Shown: positions 10,510 to 21,512 of the stretch, piece by piece
Layout: each line of letters begins with the position of its first letter
Position numbering within the stretch: position 1 is the stretch's first letter
Source: Nitrosopumilaceae archaeon
Lineage (GTDB): Archaea; Thermoproteota; Nitrososphaeria; Nitrososphaerales; Nitrosopumilaceae
Reading direction: 5' to 3'
Assembly (NCBI GenBank): GCA_965200155.1
Contig: CBDATR010000010.1
Coordinates: 476,265 to 540,264, forward strand
DNA length: 64,000 bases
Notes under the pieces: model-generated
The model's database searches: none
What the model was told of the DNA's origin: nothing
What the model saw: the letters and a program-made list of their open reading frames with translations, nothing else
Program-made: the position numbers and the translations under genes

Positions 10510-11473
10510 CATGAGAGGATGCGATAATCGCACTGATGTAGGCGTGAGGGGGACTGATCATCTCATAAGAGACTACACCGGAAATGGTGCTTTCCGGGTT
10601 ACCCACGCGCAAGACTGCCACCACTCATGATGAACGTCAATACAGAATCATGGAACTACAGGTGGTGAGAAGGGGATGACTGGTGAATAATACATGATTC
10701 GCGGTGTACCTGTTCGTCATGCTGGATTCTGGTTGGATAAGATGGTTGCCACACTTGAGCAGGAAATTATATACGAAAGTAGCACTGCAGTAGGGCTTTC
10801 ACTAGAATAATGATTTCCAGTCCAGGAATGGCGGCATAGTTACAATAAGTCGTGTAACAAGTTCAACCAGGGAACCGGTTCTATTCCATGGAATGGTGAA
10901 TCATTCTAGTTACGCGTAGCGCCATTCTTGGACTGGAACGGGTTACATTCCATTTTCGTCCCTAGTTGGAGCGATACGCTTCTCCTGTGCTACTTTCGTA
11001 TATAATTCCCTGTCCAGCGGGAGTGTTTCATACGAAATTATGTCGCTTAGTCATACGTATCCCTCTCCGTCCATTTTGGGTCGTTCTATCTTGATGCGCG
11101 CCTGTTATGAAATGCCCTGAGCGGGGTCTCCAGATTATGCACGTCAAGAGCAAAGTGAAGCTGTACATCATTGTAGTATTCTACATAACCTGACAGGCTT
11201 TCATAATGGAATATCTCATCCTCGATGCTCCGGTGAAATCGCTCCATCTTGCCATTGGTCTGGGGATGGCTGGGACGGCTATTGATGAGCTCAATACCCC
11301 GATTGAGCAGCTCATTTTCAAATATGGTGAGCTTTCATTTCTTCTTTGGAGCCTTGCTACGCACTCCAACGAGGCATGATCCATTATCTGACAGTATATC
11401 TGCCGGGGTTCCGAACTGCTCTATCGCCTTGCGTAATACCGTAATGGCGTTCTAGGAGGCTGCCTCCCGGAAC

Positions 11474-11565
11474 GTATGAGTTCACCTGTGTCTAAATTTA
11501 CGCATAACTGATCGCGACAGTTAATGTGATTTGTGCATAAGATTCCGGAAGACGTGAATTCATAC
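11474..11565. mobile_element. 92-bp MITE
   Basis: GTATGAGTTCAC...GTGAATTCATAC, TSD CCCGGAAC. Confidence 0.97.
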
Positions 11566-11834
11566 CCCGGAACAGTTGAGCGGTAACTATGCGGCGCGAG
11601 GAGTCATCTATGAGATTCAGGCCCTCAAACCGCGGTTCTTTCATGACATGCCGGTCAACATGTCATAGGGCATTGGAATACTTTCTTTCATATCGCACCC
11701 ACTTGCGTTTTTTGGGTTTTGCGGGGGATGCGGTCACCAGATTGTTGTCCTTCATGATACAATATATGCGCCAGCAGCTGATCTTTCCCCAAATCTTGGC
11801 AGCTGTACACAATACACCAACCGGCTCCTTTTTG

Positions 11835-11926
11835 GTATGAGTTCACGTCTTCCGGAATCTTATGCACAAATCACATTAACTGTCGCGATCAGTTATGCGT
11901 AAATTTAGACACAGGTGAACTCATAC
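11835..11926. mobile_element. 92-bp MITE
   Basis: TSD CCTTTTTG. Confidence 0.97.
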
Positions 11927-12173
11927 CCTTTTTGTGTACAGAACCTGTCGTATTTCTTCAAGTGTGAATCCATACTGGGACGGCCGGCGCGTCCAGGAAC
12001 TGGATACTTGCCGGTCCTGCGGAATTCGATCTGAATATGCCTTTGCGAGACGCTTACTTCGTATATGACTGAGGTGCTCTTTCCCTTACTGATGACGTAT
12101 CGGAGAACTTTTTCATCTCAGGTGCTTGACCATGTTTTTCTTTGATTTGCAGAATCTCTGTTAGTCGTTTTTG

Positions 12174-12265
12174 GTATGAGTTCACCTGTGTCTAAATTTA
12201 CGCATAACTACTCGCTATAGTTAATGTGATTTGTGCATAAGATTCCGGAAGACGTGAACTCATAC
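12174..12265. mobile_element. 92-bp MITE (no TSD)
   Basis: Full element; flanks differ. Confidence 0.95.
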
Positions 12266-12330
12266 CATTCATTAGTGCCTTAATCTTAGTGCAACCTAAT
12301 TTTGGTACACTTGAGTCCATATCATTCACA

Positions 12331-13509
12331 AGTTTGTTGCATAACTGACTTTGACAGAATACAGGTTCCCCATGTCGTAATCTACGTTACTGCCGCGTCC
12401 GCCCACTCGTTGCACTCGTATGTTATCCCATTTCCGCGCCATTAATCCGTGCCCGAATAATCGTTTGAACGGGAACCGGCTCTAATGATTATCTCGATTA
12501 TCCATCGCCTGTTGTACCCTTTTGCCGCCTTCTAGTACTGCTTGTTTTCGACCTTTTCCTCATCAGAAAGGCGGAAAATGGGCGATTCCGGGCTTCCTCC
12601 AAGACTGCAAGTCCCCACGAGTCGCCTTTCCTTTGGTGGAATTTAGCTGGATCGGGATGGTTGTCCGGATTCGATTATCACTGCACAATTTCATGTTATC
12701 CCTGGACGCGTATGCGCCATCCGCAAGCAACTCGAGGTTGCATGCGCGCTTGTCATCATTATTCGGTAAGGGGGACACACCGTTAGTCAGCGCGTTTCCG
12801 GGTGGTGGCTTATCTGTTGGTCCTGCCAGAGATGGCAACTGTTGCAATGGGTCCGGAACTTTCCAATTCCAGGGTGTGCTTCCTGTCCAGTTGTGACTCT
12901 TCTGCATACGAGCCCAGTACTGCATTGTTTAACATGCGCGTATCCCCAACCCACTCGCCGGTAACCGTAAATGCATATGCTCTCCCAGTCCGCGAGCACA
13001 TGAATCCGCGCCTCTTTTTCCATTTGGCCCTTATCCACTCACCACGATTCAAGGCCGGTCGAGTTAACAATCATTGGCCCTCGTCAGCTTTTTGTCTGTG
13101 CCGACAATCATGCCATCCCCTTGTCCATGCCAATCTCTTCCGCGTCTGTATATTATGGAGTAGTGCGGGGTTTGGTGCCCTTCTAGTAGTCCTGCAAGGA
13201 ATCCGGATACCTGCCTGTATCTCATACCTAATGCCGTTCTCAGTGTCATGTAACATGCCCACAGCATACTGGTAGGGAGCACCCTCTTTGTTATGGTTGG
13301 CCTTTTCAATTCCACGCATGATCAAAGCCAAATAGCCTTCCGCTGGACGTACTTGGCATTGTCGGCGAATACCATCAAGTTTGTTTAAAAAATCTCAGAT
13401 GTAATACTTGGATCCAAGTTAGTAATTACTATGACAGAATAAACGAAAATACTCAAACCGTTTTCACATACATTTTTAATCTAACTTGTTTGGGGTTATG
13501 CAAGAAACT
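12331..13509 (-). mobile_element. IS5 family IS903-group element, frameshifted transposase pseudogene
   Basis: IRs AGTTTGTTGCATAAC...GTTATGCAAGAAACT; fragments NRGEWIRAKWKKRRGF, LLADGAYASRDN, GYNRRWIIE. Confidence 0.8.
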
Positions 13510-14094
13510 AGCTACAAACAAAAGATCTAGAAGAAAATACTCAGACTCTGGTTAAACGCGAATAACATCGCGAACAACTCCATGAATAGAATAGTCCACG
13601 CGGTTACCAAAGGTGCGGACAAGGTAGTATTAGAGAATTTATCACCAAAAGCGATGACCAGTTATGGCAGGAACCACAAAAGAACAATGAACCGTTCCAT
13701 GCGCGAGAATCGCGTCGGCGAGTTCCGCCGGAAAGTAGTACAAAAGTGCGAGGCACTGGGGATTGAATTGGTGGCTGTGCCAGCAAAATACACGAGCCAG
13801 ACCTGTCACGTATGTGGACACGTTGACAACAAATCACAATCAACTAGGGACACTTTCAAGTGTGTCCTATGTAACCGGGAGTTTCACGCCGATATCAACG
13901 CGGCGTATAGTAACCGGCTCCCCTGCACAGGGCGGCTGAGCGAGTCGTCCATGGGGTGGTTTACTCGCCCAACAGCAAGGTGCCATGAAAAAAGACTTAT
14001 GGCTGGCGCTATAATTCAATTCTTGTGTGATGCTCTAAATGATTTATTACAAACCCGCATCCGCGGTACGTCAATAATGGTTGCTCACCAGTAG
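13510..14094 (+). pseudogene. tnpB: TnpB (IS200/IS605/IS607-type RNA-guided nuclease) C-terminal remnant
   Basis: VVLENL (RuvC-II), YTSQTCHVCG...FKCVLC zinc finger, HADINAA (RuvC-III); 5' part lost at the IS903-like element. Confidence 0.88.
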
Positions 14095-14208
14095 TATGAG
14101 TTCCGGTATTTCTCGATTGCGTGATAAGATCGCACTAATCCCTGTCATCGGTTATGTGTAAACGTGAGTATGAATAAACACACAATCGTCTAATTTTTAA
14201 CCCTCACA

Positions 14209-15138
14209 ATGGAATGGCGCCCAGTGAAATCGATAAATTTTTCTCTTCTGGCCGGCGAGGAAATAGCTTCTACACTGGGAAAGCGGGGAACACAGACGGA
14301 TATTACATTATATGACAAAAAAGAGTCAGGCATCATACGTACATACGTGGTGCCCAATGGGTTTCCGGAAAAGATACAATCATTACTTCAGGCAATAAAC
14401 TTGGCTGAATATGCAATAATCCACTTGGATACACTGGACCGGTTTGCTGGCGAACAAATACTGGCTTTGGATGCATTACGACGTACTGACGGCATACTGA
14501 GTCATAACATCAATGTGGATCACGATTCGGTTCTCCGTGCAGTAAAGGATACCGTGGTGGAAAAGTACCGGTTTGTAGAACCTTCCGATATACGGGTAGA
14601 TACGCTAAACTTTGATCCAATGGTGAAACACGGGGATGCCCGGGTAGTCGTGGATCACTGCTTTGATGTCAAGGGTGTGGGGACCGTTGCCTTGGGCAGG
14701 GTGATATCTGGCAGTATCTCAAAATATGACACACTTGTCCTTCAACCTCGTGGAGTACAGGCTACAATCAAATCTATACAGATGCATGATGATCCAGTAG
14801 GGGATGCGATATCGCCCGCTCGGGTGGGATTGGCATTAAAGGGCGTACGGCCTGATCAGGTAAGGCGAGGTGATGTACTGTGCGGCGGTACGATGCCCAT
14901 AGTATCTGATACAATATCCCTGAATTTCACGAAAGTGCAGTACTACAAAGGCGAGCCCACAGTCAACCAGATGTGTATTGCAAGCGTGGGTTTGCAGGTT
15001 GTATCGGGCAAGATATCATCCACAGAACCGCTAAGCATATCCTTGGATAGGCCAGCAGTATATGAAATAGGAGAGCGATGCGTACTGCTCAAGCCTGAAT
15101 CGTCTATACGAATAATGGGTAGTGGTGCCCTATTGTAA
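14209..15138 (+). CDS. archaeal SelB/EF-Tu domain II-containing protein lacking a P-loop
   Basis: VDHCFDVKGVGTVALG, IKSIQMHD, RVGLALKGV...RGDVL. Confidence 0.85.
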   Translation: MEWRPVKSINFSLLAGEEIASTLGKRGTQTDITLYDKKESGIIRTYVVPNGFPEKIQSLLQAINLAEYAIIHLDTLDRFAGEQILALDALRRTDGILSHNINVDHDSVLRAVKDTVVEKYRFVEPSDIRVDTLNFDPMVKHGDARVVVDHCFDVKGVGTVALGRVISGSISKYDTLVLQPRGVQATIKSIQMHDDPVGDAISPARVGLALKGVRPDQVRRGDVLCGGTMPIVSDTISLNFTKVQYYKGEPTVNQMCIASVGLQVVSGKISSTEPLSISLDRPAVYEIGERCVLLKPESSIRIMGSGALL

Positions 15139-15240
15139 TGGCCTGCATATGTGGTACAAAATTACATGAGGGACAGCAGTGGCTGTGATTTCAACCATCA
15201 CTCAGGTAACAGTAATAAACCATCTTGATTAAACGGAAAC

Positions 15241-15693
15241 ATGAATCGCCGTGTACCTTTGGTGATAATGGCGGTTGTAATTGCCGCCATTGTGTCTTAT
15301 GCCATAAGCCCGTACTTTATGGAGTCGGAGGTGTATGAGGAGTTGCCCGATACGGTGACAATTTCCGATGACATGATTGCATACGGTGGTACGTTTGTGG
15401 GTGTTGGTGACGGCATCCATGATGCCCAAGGGGTGGCATCTGTACTCGTACAGGATGATGGCAGCTACCTGTTGCGCCTAGAAGAGTTTAGATCCACCAA
15501 CGGTCCTGATTTGTACGTATATCTATCCACTGACAAGGGCATAGACGACTTTGTAAGTCTGGGTAATTTGAAGGCAAATCGCGGTGATCAAAACTACGAG
15601 ATTCCTGCTGGCACGGACATAGAGCAACACGATCACGTCCTGATATGGTGCAAGCCCTTTAGTGTACTCTTTGGTAGTGCACAGCTTGAATAG
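15241..15693 (+). CDS. DM13 domain protein
   Basis: N-terminal TM helix; GPDLYVYLS, LKANRGDQNY, VLIWCKPFSVLFG. Confidence 0.9.
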   Translation: MNRRVPLVIMAVVIAAIVSYAISPYFMESEVYEELPDTVTISDDMIAYGGTFVGVGDGIHDAQGVASVLVQDDGSYLLRLEEFRSTNGPDLYVYLSTDKGIDDFVSLGNLKANRGDQNYEIPAGTDIEQHDHVLIWCKPFSVLFGSAQLE

Positions 15694-15707
15694 CGTCGTG
15701 GTGCCAG

Positions 15708-16079
15708 TTGAGGCTGTTTGGAGATCCGCAGAAAAAGAAGAATGCCCAGCAGGCAGGCAAGATACGTAGCCTAGTGAAGGAGAAAAAATACTCTGACGCA
15801 CTAAGGGTGGGACAAGAGTATCTTACACGTGTTCCCGACAACCATGATGTCTTGTTTATAATGGGCGGCATACACTACATGCGAAAGCAGTATGGTAAGG
15901 CACTAAAGTACTTTGAAGCTGCACTTCAGATAGGCAGGTATGATACCGATGTGTTGATACTAAAGGCCCAGTGCCACATGCGGTTAGGTCAAATTCAGAA
16001 AGCCAGAATGTGTTGCGAAGATATCCTGGAAGTAGATCCCAAAAACCGTGAGGCACGTGACATAATTAACCGCACCTAG
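15708..16079 (+). CDS. tetratricopeptide repeat protein
   Basis: TPR-like helices ending LEVDPKNREA. Confidence 0.8.
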   Translation: MRLFGDPQKKKNAQQAGKIRSLVKEKKYSDALRVGQEYLTRVPDNHDVLFIMGGIHYMRKQYGKALKYFEAALQIGRYDTDVLILKAQCHMRLGQIQKARMCCEDILEVDPKNREARDIINRT

Positions 16080-16144
16080 TACGTATCCATATCTTTTCCA
16101 ACTATATGACCAGATAATATTCTCCCACTCCGCGTGGAGATATT

Positions 16145-16954
16145 CTAAATGTCTAACCCAATATCCAGGGCAGGGGCCGAGTTAGTCATGGAGCCCACTG
16201 ATACATAGTCTGCACCACTACTTCCGTACAACTCTATGTTGCCTGCTGTAATGCCGCCTGATGCCTCCAGCTTTACTGTGTCCCTCAATCCATCTCTTAC
16301 AAGTGCTGATACGGTTCTCTGTATATCTTCTGGCGTAAAATTGTCCAGCAGTATGAGCGGCGCCCCAAATCTTGCTGCGCGTAACGCATCTTGTATCGTA
16401 TCTACCTCTACCTCAAAGTGTGCACTCTTCTTCTTGGCGCACTGTATGATTCTGTCCAGGGATCCCTCTATTGCTATGTGGTTGTCTTTTATCATTATCA
16501 TCTCTCCCAGATTCATGCGGTGGCGCTTGCCACCCCCGGCTTCCACTGCCTCCTTGTCAAATCGTCGCAGGCCTGGGGCTGTCTTCCTGGTGGACAGAAG
16601 CGTCACATTGGGGGGTAATCGTGAAGACAGGGTGGCGGCCATACTGGCTATGCCGCTCATGCGCGACAGCAGGTTCAGTGCGGTTCGCTCTAGGGAGAGT
16701 ATATCCGAGGCCCTGCCCGCGACGGTCATGATTTTCTCTCCCGACTCTACGGCACATCCATCCTTCACTATAATGTTGCATGTGCATCCCCGTGTCTCAA
16801 ATATTGTCTTGGCGTGGAGTGTGCCGGATATTGTACCTTCCTGCCGTGATACTATCCGTCCGGTTATATGCACGTCCGGAAGTAGATCCGATGTAGGATC
16901 CCCCTCGCCCAGATCCTCCTCTAAAAAACCAAGTATGACATCATTCGAGGACAA
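16145..16954 (-). CDS. nadC: quinolinate phosphoribosyltransferase
   Basis: STRKTAPG, HR, IKDNH, EVEV, LLDN, EASGGI. Confidence 0.97.
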   Translation of the reverse strand: MSSNDVILGFLEEDLGEGDPTSDLLPDVHITGRIVSRQEGTISGTLHAKTIFETRGCTCNIIVKDGCAVESGEKIMTVAGRASDILSLERTALNLLSRMSGIASMAATLSSRLPPNVTLLSTRKTAPGLRRFDKEAVEAGGGKRHRMNLGEMIMIKDNHIAIEGSLDRIIQCAKKKSAHFEVEVDTIQDALRAARFGAPLILLDNFTPEDIQRTVSALVRDGLRDTVKLEASGGITAGNIELYGSSGADYVSVGSMTNSAPALDIGLDI

Positions 16955-16961
16955 ATTCCGG

Positions 16962-17150
16962 TCAGGTTATTCTAAGGGCATACTTGCCCCTGCGGGTTAC
17001 CCCTAATGTATGTCCTATCTGAGACCCATTGGGCTCGACCACCAGTGCAATGCCGGTCCAGTCCGGTGTAAGATCCGAGGACTTGCAGGCAGGACATACC
17101 TTGCCTGTTGTGACAAACTTACACTTGCGGCATGCCATCTCGCGTCCCAT
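16962..17150 (-). CDS. spt4: transcription elongation factor Spt4 (RpoE'')
   Basis: ACRKCK...CPAC...DWTG...GKYAL. Confidence 0.95.
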   Translation of the reverse strand: MGREMACRKCKFVTTGKVCPACKSSDLTPDWTGIALVVEPNGSQIGHTLGVTRRGKYALRIT

Positions 17151-17153
17151 CTA

Positions 17154-17747
17154 TTACTCCTCCTTGCTGGATCCCCCGCCTTCTGCATTGGTCACCTCTT
17201 CGTTTATCCATTCATTAGTACCTAGGAACGGCTGCCTGCATGTGATTCCTATCTTGCCCAATGATGCACCCTTGCCTAGGGATACTGCCGTAATACGTGA
17301 TCTAAGTTTTGATCCAACACGTAGTGTACGTCCGCTTTGATTGGCAACTATAACTCCTGCCTTTACATCACTTCGTAGATAATCATTCATCACCTGGGAC
17401 AGGTGTAGAAGGGCATCTGATGGGCCTATTCTCACAAATGCTCCAAAGTCTGTTATATCCACAATTTCGCCGTTCACAATCTCGTTCATCTTTGGATAGA
17501 ATGTGAGCGCCTCAAATTCCACCCGGTGGAATGTACCACTATCTCCTGATACCATCTTTCCCATCTCGTCCACATTTGCATCCAGTATGATTATGATGTA
17601 TCCCAGATCCGCGCTTATGGATGACTCGTACTTTTCCTTGAGTGTGCTTATGGCAGCCTTGCGTAATGCTGTGCCAAAGAGATCTGGCGGGATCCTGACT
17701 ACATCGATCATGGTCGTTATGGAAAACAACTGTAATGACAACCTCAT
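17154..17747 (-). CDS. rpo7: RNA polymerase subunit Rpo7 (E')
   Basis: DVVRIPP, FGAFVRIGPSDALLHLSQV, TCRQPFLG. Confidence 0.95.
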   Translation of the reverse strand: MRLSLQLFSITTMIDVVRIPPDLFGTALRKAAISTLKEKYESSISADLGYIIIILDANVDEMGKMVSGDSGTFHRVEFEALTFYPKMNEIVNGEIVDITDFGAFVRIGPSDALLHLSQVMNDYLRSDVKAGVIVANQSGRTLRVGSKLRSRITAVSLGKGASLGKIGITCRQPFLGTNEWINEEVTNAEGGGSSKEE

Positions 17748-17906
17748 GGTTTCATTTTATGAACCTTTGTGTTGATTGGGCGATCATTTAAGATATGCTG
17801 GATATGCTAACGCTTGGGATATGTGCCCGTATTCTGTGTGTGCAGTGACGCTGTGGTTTGGCAGCAAGTGCCGCCTTGAATCGGCTTTTGAGTGACCTCC
17901 GCCAAG

Positions 17907-17998
17907 GTATGAGTTCACCTGTGTCTAAATTTACGCACAACTGATCGCGACAGTTACTGTGATCTGTGCACAAGATTCCGGAAGACGTGAACTCATAC
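17907..17998. mobile_element. 92-bp MITE
   Basis: TSD CCGCCAAG. Confidence 0.97.
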
Positions 17999-18111
17999 CC
18001 GCCAAGTGTCATACAGAACAGGATTCACACTACCCTGCCTGCCTTGATAGAGTATGTTATACTGTTGGATTATCTAAAAATAAATAATGCCATAATATGG
18101 TTTAGACTATA

Positions 18112-19197
18112 ATGGTTGGTGTAGATCAGGTGCTTGAAAAGCTGGCCACTGTTATAGATCCGGACCTGAAGAAGGATATAGTATCAATGGGCATGATTAA
18201 GGATCTGGAGATTGATGGGGGAGATCTCAAATTTACGCTGGAGCTCACCACACCTGCGTGTCCCTTCAACGCGGAAATAGAGGATGATGTCAGGAATGCC
18301 GTCAATACCATAGACGGAATTGCTAACTTTGACATGAAAGTTACTGCCAAGGTGATGGAGGGCAGGTCCTTGGAGGACGATACTGGGATGACGACGGTAA
18401 AAAATATCATCGGTGTTGCCAGTGGCAAGGGTGGTGTTGGTAAGTCTACAGTATCTTTGAATCTTGCACTGGCACTATCTCAGAGTGGCGCAAAAGTGGG
18501 ATTGCTGGATGCTGACATATACGGTCCTAGCGTACCGCTTATGCTGGGCATGAAAGATGGATATATGGAGGTGGAGGAGAACAAGTTACAGCCCGCCCAA
18601 TCACACGGTATACGCGTTGTGTCCTTTGGATTCTTTGCGGAGCAGACCCACCAAGCCGCCATATATAGGGGGCCTATAATATCTGGTATACTACGACAAT
18701 TTCTGGTTGATACCAATTGGTCTGATCTGGATTATCTTGTAGTTGATCTACCTCCCGGTACCGGTGACATACCCCTTACGCTGGCGCAGACTATACCCAT
18801 AACGGGCATACTGGTAGTGACCACGCCTCAGGATGTTGCAAGTAACGTGGCAGTCAAGGCTATAGGCATGTTTGAAAAACTAAATGTTCCCATAATTGGT
18901 GTTGTGGAGAACATGAGCTCCTTTGTATGCAATAAATGCGACGCCAAACACCACATATTTGGCCAGGGCGGTGCCGAGGCAATAGCGAAGCAGTTCGACA
19001 TACCATTCTTGGGCGAGATACCACTTAATTCTGGAATAATGAGTGGCTCAGACTTGGGCAAGCCCATAATGATTACAGATTCGGAGTCGGAAGGTGCAAG
19101 CTCGTTTAGGACCGCTGCAAGAAATGTTGCTGCCCAATGTAGTATACTGGCTGCCAAACTACAGGAGCAGACAACTACTGATTCGGATTCGGCGTGA
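18112..19197 (+). CDS. mrp: Mrp/NBP35 (ApbC) Fe-S cluster carrier ATPase
   Basis: DUF59 N-terminus (TTPACP), SGKGGVGKS, DLPPGTGD, ENMS. Confidence 0.95.
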   Translation: MVGVDQVLEKLATVIDPDLKKDIVSMGMIKDLEIDGGDLKFTLELTTPACPFNAEIEDDVRNAVNTIDGIANFDMKVTAKVMEGRSLEDDTGMTTVKNIIGVASGKGGVGKSTVSLNLALALSQSGAKVGLLDADIYGPSVPLMLGMKDGYMEVEENKLQPAQSHGIRVVSFGFFAEQTHQAAIYRGPIISGILRQFLVDTNWSDLDYLVVDLPPGTGDIPLTLAQTIPITGILVVTTPQDVASNVAVKAIGMFEKLNVPIIGVVENMSSFVCNKCDAKHHIFGQGGAEAIAKQFDIPFLGEIPLNSGIMSGSDLGKPIMITDSESEGASSFRTAARNVAAQCSILAAKLQEQTTTDSDSA

Positions 19198-19709
19198 AAC
19201 TACCTGTTAGACACCGCCATCTGTTTAAGGATCCCATGGGTTTGCTGATCGCAGACTCTGATGTTACAAAGAAACTGGTGTCCAAAGAACTGGATGGTTT
19301 CTGTCATATAGTAACGGTAGGAGATCGTACCACCGAACGCATTCTGGGATTTGAGCTAAAACCGGATGTACAAATAGTTGATGGTCTGGAACAGAGACAA
19401 AAGCGATCCGTACCGGGAGAGTTTCTGGAAACTATAACATGCATTAACCCAGCCGCTAACATAACTGATGATGCGGTATCTGCCGTGATTAAGGCATATT
19501 CCATGAAGAGACCCACTAGAATATTGGTCAACGGCGAGGAGGATCTGTTGGTGGTGCCCGCTCTGTTACATGCCCCAAAAGACACCATAGTTCTGTATGG
19601 CCAACCTGGGCAGGGGTTGGTTTTTGTAGTAGCAGATAATACATCTAGGAATAGGGCTGCTCATATGATGGAGTTGCTGGAACGGGATGATGAGACGGTG
19701 GCTGAATGA
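19194..19709 (+). CDS. GTP-dependent dephospho-CoA kinase (DUF359)
   Basis: TVGD, NPA, VNGEEDL, YGQPGQG. Confidence 0.9.
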   Translation: MKLPVRHRHLFKDPMGLLIADSDVTKKLVSKELDGFCHIVTVGDRTTERILGFELKPDVQIVDGLEQRQKRSVPGEFLETITCINPAANITDDAVSAVIKAYSMKRPTRILVNGEEDLLVVPALLHAPKDTIVLYGQPGQGLVFVVADNTSRNRAAHMMELLERDDETVAE

Positions 19710-19792
19710 ATGCATGATTACAATACCAAAGTATCTGACCTCCAGCAACCACCTTACGGGCGCACCGGTATGACTGGGAATGCATATCTTTG

Positions 19793-19870
19793 GTGTGAGT
19801 TCACCTGTGTCTAAATTTACGCATAACTGATCGCGACAGTTAATGTGATTTGTGCATAATATTCCGGAAG
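19793..19870. mobile_element. 92-bp MITE truncated by IS481-A
   Basis: MITE sequence stops at ...ttccggaag where the IS481 left end begins. Confidence 0.9.
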
Positions 19871-21062
19871 TCAATAGTACGAAAAGTAAGTCCGCTTAGG
19901 ATCCGGCGTACAGTAGTCCAGATTGCACAAGCCAGATGGTAAAGAGAATAACAGAGGAATCAAGACAAAAGAGGCGTTGCCGCCACCAAAATAGCTCAAG
20001 ACCTGAAACAAGGCACGTACGAAGATTGTGAACCAGAGAACGGGAACGACTCGAGTAAAGATAGGCAGGTCCATGATACTAATCACCGCCACCCAGATAC
20101 GAATGGTAACTGAAGCATACAGCAAGGATCCCGCAGGAGTAGTACGTATTGCAAAGAGGCTTAGACAGAATTACAATATATCATATCGCGCAGTATATCG
20201 CATAATGAAAAAGAACGGTACGGCAGGATCATCACCTGCAAAGTCAGAGTGGGTACGCTATGAGCGTAAATATTCCAATGCAATGTGGCACGTAGACTGG
20301 CATGTCATGAAAGATGGTATGAGTTCACGTCTTCCGGAATCTTGTGCACAAATCACATTAACTGTCGCGATCAGTTATGCGTAAATTTAGACACAGGTGA
20401 ACTCATACAAGTTAAGACCTAATTTTGTAGTATCAGGTATGCTAAAAGCAGAAGAACTCACCAAGGGTATGAGTTCACGTCTTCCGGAATCTTGTGCACA
20501 AATCACATTAACTGTCGCGATCAGTTGTGCGTAAATTTAGACACAGGTGAACTCATACGAAAGATGAGCGCTTCAAGGGACTGAATCTCATAGTTGATGC
20601 ATCCAGGTGTATAGTCGGAGCGGCACTATTTGAGCATGCAACATGAGAACACCGTTCTATTACTGAGACTGGTAATGAAACGATTCGGCGCCCTTGCATC
20701 TCGGATAACGGCGCGTGTCTCGTAGGACAATAAAAGGGCAAGAAAAGCTGGAAACCCACTATTCGAGGAAGAACTGCTGGATCAAGACATCATACTAATC
20801 AATTCCAGACCATACCACCCGCAGACAAATGGCAAACTGGAGCGCTTCCCTAGAACGATTGAGGATGAGATATGGCATTATGACAGTCTCCGGGATTATG
20901 TGGACTACTACAATGAGAGAAGATTGCACTTCTCACTGGATATAGATAACGACGAAACACCACTCCAGGAATAAAAAGGCGACCCAGACAATTAGGGCAA
21001 ATGATGCAAAATGGATGGAGTGGGATGCCAATGACTAGCGGACCGACTTTTCATACATTACA
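19871..21062 (+). mobile_element. IS481-family element A, defective copy 2 (contains composite MITE)
   Basis: Same ends as 7756-8713; retains WHVDWH. Confidence 0.9.
20317..20558. mobile_element. composite MITE transposon (MITE + 58-bp IS5 fragment + MITE)
   Basis: MITEs at 20317-20408 and 20467-20558; TSD GAAAGATG only at the outer ends. Confidence 0.92.
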
Positions 21063-21133
21063 CACAAATATTCTGGAAACTGATTAACTATATTGCAGCG
21101 TGCATTTCTGCATACAATAACTTGTAGATGAAA

Positions 21134-21228
21134 TGGTGGACCGGGTGGGATTCGGACCCACGACCTTTGCGGGATTACTCCTTACGCAGTGTGAGTGCGT
21201 CATCCAAACCAGGCTAGACGACCGGTCC
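21134..21228 (-). tRNA. tRNA-Val(CAC) with predicted 17-nt non-canonical intron (44/45)
   Basis: Acceptor GGACCGG/CCGGTCC-ACCA, anticodon arm ACGCA-CTCACAC-TGCGT; insert at 21166-21182. Confidence 0.88.
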
Positions 21229-21388
21229 ATAGTCTGGCAGTATTGTGTGCTTTTTGTTTCTTTTGGTGTGTGCCACTCTACTACATTATCGAGAGTCTAT
21301 CTGGCTTGTCGTATTATGTGGTATTCGTGGCTGTACTGTAGAAAATAGTGCAGAAATACAGAATTAAAATCTGGTACCAAAGATTTTG

Positions 21389-21487
21389 GTATGAGTTCAC
21401 CTGTGTCTAAATTTACGCATAACTGATAGAACCGGTTACCAGTTAATGTGATTTGTGCATAAGATTCCGGAAGACGTGAACTCATAC
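21389..21487. mobile_element. MITE, 99-bp variant
   Basis: TSD AGATTTTG; different central segment. Confidence 0.95.
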
Positions 21488-21512
21488 AGATTTTGTGCAT
21501 CTTGTAGACTTG

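Larger units (their letters stand above)
11024..12173 (-). mobile_element. second IS481-family element (B), pseudogene hit by MITEs
   Basis: End TGTTTCATACGAAAT; minus strand encodes RKWVRYERKYSNAL, DDSSRRI, TNGKMERFH; interrupted by MITEs at 11474 and 11835, cut at 12174. Confidence 0.85.

Noticed and set aside
13582-14094. Cas12f / type V CRISPR effector
   Set aside because: Fragment only, no adjacent array or cas1/2/4; better explained as a TnpB remnant
14209-15138. Evidence of a selenocysteine system
   Set aside because: The protein lacks the GTPase P-loop, and no tRNA-Sec or other sel genes are seen
19855-21079. Possible degenerate TSD around IS481 copy 2 (AATATTCCGGAA vs AATATTCTGGAA)
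   Set aside because: Imperfect and offset, and the rest of the interrupted MITE is missing on the right, so it was not counted
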